From Achromobacter sp. (lineage in GTDB: Bacteria; Pseudomonadota; Gammaproteobacteria; Burkholderiales; Burkholderiaceae_B), in assembly GCA_032015805.1 (NCBI GenBank), contig DALZRX010000001.1, positions 2,939 to 66,938 on the forward strand: a stretch of DNA of 64,000 nucleotides, written 5' to 3'. The notes under the pieces were generated by a model. That model searched no databases. It was not told the origin of the DNA and saw only the letters and a program-made list of their open reading frames with translations. Position 1 is the first letter of the stretch. Each line of letters begins with the position of its first letter. Below are positions 58,966 to 64,000 of this stretch, in pieces. A program made the translations under genes and the position numbers.

Positions 58966-60326
58966 CAGGTCCTCCGGATCTTGAAGCTGGCGAGGTAGGC
59001 CTCGGGCTGGCTGGGATCGAAGGGCTTGCCCATGACGCTGAACGTTTTGCCCGTCTCCGCGGGCGGGGTCAGGCCGGCCTCTCGCATCAGGCGCACGGCG
59101 TCGGTCGCCAGGAAGACGTCGCTGGCGACCTTCTGGTAGTCCACGTCGCCTTTGACCTGGCCCCAGCGCTTCATCTGCGTCAGGATCCACACGGCGAACG
59201 ACTGCCAGGGCATGGGATCGAAATCGATGCGGTTGGGGTCGGTCAGCACCTTGCCCAGGCCGTCGGCGTAGGTGCCGGTCAGCACCTGTTCGACCACTGT
59301 GACGGGCTGGTTCAGGTAGTTGGGCGCGGCGATGGCGGTGGCGATCTCTTTGCGGTTCGCGGGATTGCGGGCGTAGGCAGTGGCTTCGATGATGGCCTTC
59401 AGCAAGGCCTGATAGGTGTTCGGCATGGTGGTGACGAACTCCTTGCTGGCAGAAAACGCGCAGCAGGGATGGCCGTCCCAGATGGCCTTGGACAAGGTGT
59501 GGATGAAGCCGACGCCGTCGTAGACGGCGCGTTGGTTGACGGGGTCGGGGGCCAGGAAGCCGTCGATGTTGTCGGCGCGCAGGTTGGCCACCATTTCGGG
59601 GGGCGGGACGGAGCGGATCTGCACATCGGTGTCGGGATCCAGACCATGCTCGGCCAGGTAGTAACGCAACAGGTAGTTGTGCATCGAATAGTCGAACGGG
59701 ACGGCGAACTTGAATCCCTTCCAGTCCTTCGGGTCGCGCCGGTCCTTGTGCTTCATGGACAGCGTGATGGCCTGACCGTTGATGTTTTCGACGGCAGGCA
59801 TGGTCCAGGGCACGGCGCGGCTGGCGCCGACGCCCATCGAGATGGCCAGCGGCATGGGCGACAGCATGTGCGCGGCGTCGTATTCGCCTGACATGGCCTT
59901 GTCGCGGATGAGCGCCCAACCGGCCGTCTTGACGACTTCGACGTCCAGGCCTTGCTTGCCGTAGAAGCCCATGGGATGCGCCATGATGATGGGCGTGGCG
60001 CAGGTGATGGGGATGAAGCCGACCTTGAGCTTCTGCTTTTCCAGCGGGCCGGTGCTCTGCGCGAAGGCTTCCTTGGCGGCGGCCAGCGGAAAGATCGACG
60101 CGATGGCGGCCATGGCGGTGCCGCTGCCGACGGCGCGAAGGAAACGGCGTCGCAGGGCGTCCTGCGGAAACAGGGCGCGCATGACGGCCTGTTCAACCGC
60201 GCTGCCGGCGGCATCGCCATGCACGGAGGCCTGCGCGGCGCGCTCGTGTTCGGCCCGCGAGGCATGGCGGCCGCAGCCGCACGCAAGGCGGCTGTTGGCG
60301 TCGAACGGGTTGCTGAAGAGGGACAT
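58965..60326 (-). CDS. CmpA/NrtA-family substrate-binding protein (cyanate)
   Basis: Tat-like RRRFL, GFIPITCATP, HPCC; N-terminal CGCGRH extension. Confidence 0.92.
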   Translation of the reverse strand: MSLFSNPFDANSRLACGCGRHASRAEHERAAQASVHGDAAGSAVEQAVMRALFPQDALRRRFLRAVGSGTAMAAIASIFPLAAAKEAFAQSTGPLEKQKLKVGFIPITCATPIIMAHPMGFYGKQGLDVEVVKTAGWALIRDKAMSGEYDAAHMLSPMPLAISMGVGASRAVPWTMPAVENINGQAITLSMKHKDRRDPKDWKGFKFAVPFDYSMHNYLLRYYLAEHGLDPDTDVQIRSVPPPEMVANLRADNIDGFLAPDPVNQRAVYDGVGFIHTLSKAIWDGHPCCAFSASKEFVTTMPNTYQALLKAIIEATAYARNPANRKEIATAIAAPNYLNQPVTVVEQVLTGTYADGLGKVLTDPNRIDFDPMPWQSFAVWILTQMKRWGQVKGDVDYQKVASDVFLATDAVRLMREAGLTPPAETGKTFSVMGKPFDPSQPEAYLASFKIRRT

Positions 60327-60405
60327 GGTGGCTCCTTCGGTCGGGAATGGAGCCATCATGGGGCTGCGCGGCAACAGCCGGTATCGCCGGTTCAACGATA
60401 CGCGT

Positions 60406-60421
60406 GTAGTGGACCTACTAC
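60406..60421. promoter_or_regulatory. Candidate response-regulator box upstream of the cyanate operon
   Basis: GTAGT-N6-ACTAC palindrome. Confidence 0.45.
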
Positions 60422-60458
60422 GTGGTGCGCACGTTGCGCCGCCGTAGTGCGCGCGCGC

Positions 60459-61097
60459 TCAGATCGCACCCAACTGGTGCGTGTTGGCGTAGGCGACGAG
60501 CTCGACCAGCGTGCGCACGTTGAGCTTTTCGAAGATCCGGCTGCGGTAGGTGGAGATGGTGTTGACGGACAGGGCGAGCTGTTCGCCGATGGCCGAGACG
60601 GAGCGGCCGGCAACCAGCAGTTGCAGCACCTGGAATTCGCGGTTGGACAACAATTCGTGCGGCAGGCGCGAGCTGTCCTGCCGGACGGTGTGGGCGAGCA
60701 GTTCGGCGACGGTGGGGGTGACGTACATCCTGCCGGCGGCGGCGTTGGTCAGCGCGGCAAGCAGTTCTTCGGGCTCGCAGCCTTTGTTGAGATAGGCGTG
60801 GGCGCCGGCGCGCAGGGCGCGGACGGCGAATTGCGACTCGGGGTAGACGGACAGCATGACGACGCCTAGCCCGGGATGGTCGGCGCGCACGCTTTTCAGG
60901 ACGTCCAGGCCGTCGCGTTCGCCCAGCGCGACGTCCAGGACAATGGCGTCGTAATGCGCCTGGCGCAGGGCGCGCAGGGCGGCGGGTCCGTCGGCGGCTT
61001 CATGCACGAGGGTGACCCTGGGGTCCTCTTCCAGGATGCGGGCGAGGCCGCGGCGGATGATGAGGTGGTCATCGACGATGAGCAGGTTCAGGGGCAC
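60459..61097 (-). CDS. NarL/UvrY-family response regulator
   Basis: IVDDH, receiver D and K, LSNREFQVL..LSVNTISTYR. Confidence 0.94.
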   Translation of the reverse strand: MPLNLLIVDDHLIIRRGLARILEEDPRVTLVHEAADGPAALRALRQAHYDAIVLDVALGERDGLDVLKSVRADHPGLGVVMLSVYPESQFAVRALRAGAHAYLNKGCEPEELLAALTNAAAGRMYVTPTVAELLAHTVRQDSSRLPHELLSNREFQVLQLLVAGRSVSAIGEQLALSVNTISTYRSRIFEKLNVRTLVELVAYANTHQLGAI

Positions 61098-61109
61098 GGG
61101 GGCGTTTCC

Positions 61110-62252
61110 TTATGCGGCCAGCGGGTTCAGGCGGAGGCGGGCGCGCATGCCAGCGCCGGGTGCGCTGTCCAGCGCGAGGTCGCCGCCGATGGCGCGGGCG
61201 CGCTCGCGCATGCCGAGGATGCCGAATGTGTGGCGGTCTTCGGGCAGTTGCATGCCGACGCCGTCGTCTTCGACGGTCAGCATCAAGCCCTCGACGCCGC
61301 ACACGGCGCTGACGCTGACGCTGCGGGCGCGGGCGTGCCGCTGCACATTGGTAAGCAGTTCCTGGACGATGCGGTAGATGGCGATTTCGGCGTTGCGGTC
61401 CAGGCGCAGGCTTTCGGTGTCGGGCGGGCAGAGATAGCGGCACTGCAGGCCGCTTCGGGTTTGCAAGTCTTGCAGCAGGGCTTCCAGCGCGGCCCACAGG
61501 CCGAGGTGGTCGAGGACGACGGGGCGCAGGTCGTTGAGAATTCGGCGGGTGGCGCCCATGGCGGTCTGGGTGACGTCGAGCATGCGGTCCAGGTGCGCCT
61601 GCAAGGCCGGCGTGGCGCCGAGCTGGCGGCGGAGCCAGTTCAGGTCGAGCTGCAGGGCGGTGAACGACGCGCCCAGATCGTCATGGATGTTGCGGGCGAT
61701 GTGGGCACGTTCTTCTTCTCGCAGGGTGCTCAGGTGCGAGGACAGGCGGCGCAGGGATTCGTGGGCGGCGCTCAGTTCCGCGGTGCGTTCGCCGACGCGC
61801 CGTTCGAGCAGGGCCTGGGTGTTCTGGAGTTCGCGTTCGATCTGTTTGCGGCCGGTGATGTCGGAGAAGGTGACGACGGCGCCGACGACGTCCTGGTCGT
61901 TTCGGATGGGGTACGAGGCGTATTGGGCGTCGAAGCAGGTGCCGTCGCGTCGCCAGAGCACTTCGTCGTCGGCGCGTTCGCCGCGGCCGTCGCGGAAGGC
62001 TTTGAAGATGCGGCAGTCGTGCACGGGCATGAGGCTGCGGTCGGCGTGGGAGTGGTGAATGAGGTAATGCATGTTGCGGCCGACGAGTTCGTCGGGGGAA
62101 TACCCGAGCATGTCGGCGCCGGCGCTGTTGATAAAGATGCAACGGCCGCGCAGGTCGATGCCGTAGATGCCTTCGCCGGCGGATTCGAGCAGCATTTCAA
62201 GCTGGCGGCGCCAGGCGGCGTGGTGCGAGAGGTGCTTCAGGTCGGCGAACAT
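61110..62252 (-). CDS. Soluble PAS + HisKA_3 sensor kinase
   Basis: PAS (GEGIYGID..HYLIHHSH), ER..IARNIHDDLG, QELLTNV, DDGVG, FGILGMRER; no TM helix. Confidence 0.92.
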   Translation of the reverse strand: MFADLKHLSHHAAWRRQLEMLLESAGEGIYGIDLRGRCIFINSAGADMLGYSPDELVGRNMHYLIHHSHADRSLMPVHDCRIFKAFRDGRGERADDEVLWRRDGTCFDAQYASYPIRNDQDVVGAVVTFSDITGRKQIERELQNTQALLERRVGERTAELSAAHESLRRLSSHLSTLREEERAHIARNIHDDLGASFTALQLDLNWLRRQLGATPALQAHLDRMLDVTQTAMGATRRILNDLRPVVLDHLGLWAALEALLQDLQTRSGLQCRYLCPPDTESLRLDRNAEIAIYRIVQELLTNVQRHARARSVSVSAVCGVEGLMLTVEDDGVGMQLPEDRHTFGILGMRERARAIGGDLALDSAPGAGMRARLRLNPLAA

Positions 62253-62459
62253 GACTGGCCCGGTGCTTGTTGAATCTGCCGGGGGTGATGGCCCCGGATC
62301 CCCTTGTTGCGCGGATTTTTTGGCTGCGCTTTTGCGCGGAGTTTACGGGACGGGGTTGGACTTGCGGAGGGGGGGAGGGAAATCCCTTCGTTGTTTTCTT
62401 GGGTGAGGTTGGGCTTGCGAGGAAGGTTGCTTAGAGGCTGCCGGGATGGTTCTTCAGAC

Positions 62460-62623
62460 GCCCGGTACGGCGGCGGCCTGGGCGCGCGGGGCTACGATTG
62501 CGGTCCGGAGCCTTCGCTCCGGACTGCCCCGTTGTCATCCTCGTCCTCGCCTTCGGCGACTCCTACGGATTCCCTCGGGCGCATCTACACGCCCCGCGCG
62601 CCCAGGCCGCCGCCGCACCGGGC
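62460..62623. repeat. Structured intergenic element with 33-bp terminal inverted repeats
   Basis: 62460-62492 vs 62591-62623 complementary with one mismatch; internal hairpins GTCCGGAGC-CTTC-GCTCCGGAC and TCGCC-TTC-GGCGA. Confidence 0.75.
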
Positions 62624-62798
62624 TGCAGTGTGCCAAGGCTGCGGGGCGCCGGGGTGGGCGGCTTGCTTGGCATTCTTTTGTGGGTGTGTTGAAGGTCGGA
62701 AGATCTTGCGGGGCTGCCAGATGTCGGCCGCGCGGGCGGCCTTATCTGGCGTCCGAGTGTCTTGCTTTGGTGGCTTCAGGCGGTCTTTCATTTTTGGC

Positions 62799-62862
62799 GG
62801 TGTCTGACACCCGCGGGACGTGCTCTCGGCATGAAGCCGATCTCCCACGGGTGTCAGACACC
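62799..62862. repeat. REP-like inverted doublet
   Basis: GGTGTCTGACACCCGCGGGA (62799-62818) / TCCCACGGGTGTCAGACACC (62843-62862), one mismatch. Confidence 0.7.
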
Positions 62863-62927
62863 TATCGCATCGCGAGAACGCCAATGTCACGGCGGTCATG
62901 TCCAGTTCCTTTGCCTCTGCGCCATGC

Positions 62928-62961
62928 AAAAAAATCGCCGGCGTTTGGCGCCGGCGATTTT
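62928..62961 (-). terminator. Rho-independent terminator of pldA
   Basis: AAAATCGCCGGCG-TTTGG-CGCCGGCGATTTT stem with A7 run (U-tract on minus strand). Confidence 0.8.
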
Positions 62962-62993
62962 GGTTTGAAAACGGCTTGCCGCGTTATCAAGGC

Positions 62994-64000
62994 TTAAGGA
63001 ATCAGCGACAGCCCCACGCGGAACTGGCTTTCGTTGCGCTGGTTGTAGCCCAGCAGCGTTTCGCCGTAGCCGTTGAAGTACTGCATGTACAGGTAGCCAT
63101 TCCAGTTCAGGAACGTGCGGCGCAGGGGCCACGCGAACTCCAACTGAGTCGTGCGGCGCTTCTGGTCGCCTTGGCGGTACATGGCGGAGACGACGGCGCC
63201 GTTGTCCTGGGCCCAGCGCAGTTGCCAGTCGACGTGGCCGGCGTAGTCGGCGTAGTTGCTGTTTTCGCTGGCGACGCCGAAGTAGGCCTTGACCTTGGGC
63301 GCGAAGGTGAGGGTGCTGCCGCTGTCGAAGCGGTAGTGGAAGCGCGGTTCGATGTAGCCGTCGTTGAGCGAGCGGGAGTCTTCGCCGTCCTTGCCGTTGG
63401 AGGCGTGTTCGACACCGGTGTTCATGCCGAAGCGCCAGTTCTGGTTCTCGGATTTCCAGATGTCGTCGGAGAGCCAGAAGAGGCTGGGGTTGAACGTGGT
63501 GTCGATGAAGGGCTTGGAGTCGCTTTCCAGGTCCCACAGCGAGGTCTGGGTGTAGCCCAGGTAGAAATCGTCGTGCCAGGTGTCCTCGCCGCCGCGCGGG
63601 CTGATGAGGCGGTACTTGGCGCTGATCTGGAAGCGGGCGGTGGTCATGCCGCGGGTGCCGACGGCGAAGTAGACGGGCTTGTAGGCCGAGAACGCGCTGC
63701 GGAATTTGTCGAAGGCGGCCTGTTCGACCGTTTGCTCGACCGCAGTGGCGGGAGCGGGTCCGGAATCGGGCGAGGCGCCGGCGGCGGCGACGGCGGCGGG
63801 CGGCACGGGTTGGCCGCTGCGGGCGTCGACGACGGGTGTCTGGGCGGGCGTGGTGGCGAGGGTGCCGCTGTCGCGCCCGGTGGCGTCAAGCGCCATCATG
63901 GACGGCTGGCCTTCGATGGAGACGGCTTGCAGGCCGCGCGCGGTGGCGGGCACTTCGGCGGTCCAGGACATGCGCGCGAAGTTGTTGACGGGCACGCTGT
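62994..64000 (-). CDS. pldA: Outer-membrane phospholipase A (5' end outside window)
   Basis: YKPVYF, FQISAK, YTQTSLW, catalytic EHASNG, GYGETLLGYN. Confidence 0.88.
   Translation of the reverse strand, partial: SVPVNNFARMSWTAEVPATARGLQAVSIEGQPSMMALDATGRDSGTLATTPAQTPVVDARSGQPVPPAAVAAAGASPDSGPAPATAVEQTVEQAAFDKFRSAFSAYKPVYFAVGTRGMTTARFQISAKYRLISPRGGEDTWHDDFYLGYTQTSLWDLESDSKPFIDTTFNPSLFWLSDDIWKSENQNWRFGMNTGVEHASNGKDGEDSRSLNDGYIEPRFHYRFDSGSTLTFAPKVKAYFGVASENSNYADYAGHVDWQLRWAQDNGAVVSAMYRQGDQKRRTTQLEFAWPLRRTFLNWNGYLYMQYFNGYGETLLGYNQRNESQFRVGLSLIP

Noticed and set aside
58123..59919. 598-aa ORF as an extended permease
   Set aside because: The upstream part is an off-frame overlap with the binding-protein gene; the real permease starts at 58965.

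Overview
GC-rich betaproteobacterial chromosome segment. Multiple Bug/TctC proteins, TctBA and the repeat types suggest Achromobacter/Bordetella (inference). No rRNA, tRNA, CRISPR array or intact transposase/integrase was recognised. The left part has tctBA, a sigma54-type two-component pair, small redox genes, a DUF3829-like lipoprotein, and a ~1780-aa autotransporter divergent from a TPR-glycosyltransferase. From ~18.7 to ~52.3 kb the window is an accessory mosaic containing several gene relics. Its core (~29.9-45.4 kb) is a series of unrelated modules: GNAT; a two-gene Lamassu-type anti-phage system plus a TIGR02391/HEPN gene; PAS-GGDEF-EAL; AraC + 2x DUF1254/1214 + a nonsense-mutated outer-membrane gene; an orphan 149-aa gene; and MocR + AhpD. 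The module junctions carry a recurring 24-bp palindromic motif of fixed 7-2-6-2-7 geometry, suggesting a cassette-like array with non-attC sites. An acyl-CoA catabolic operon follows, then core-looking genes: Bug, GST, aldolase, pdxK, a cyanate ABC transporter + cynS next to a PAS two-component system, structured intergenic repeats and a partial pldA. All calls come from motif reading; no database searches were run.
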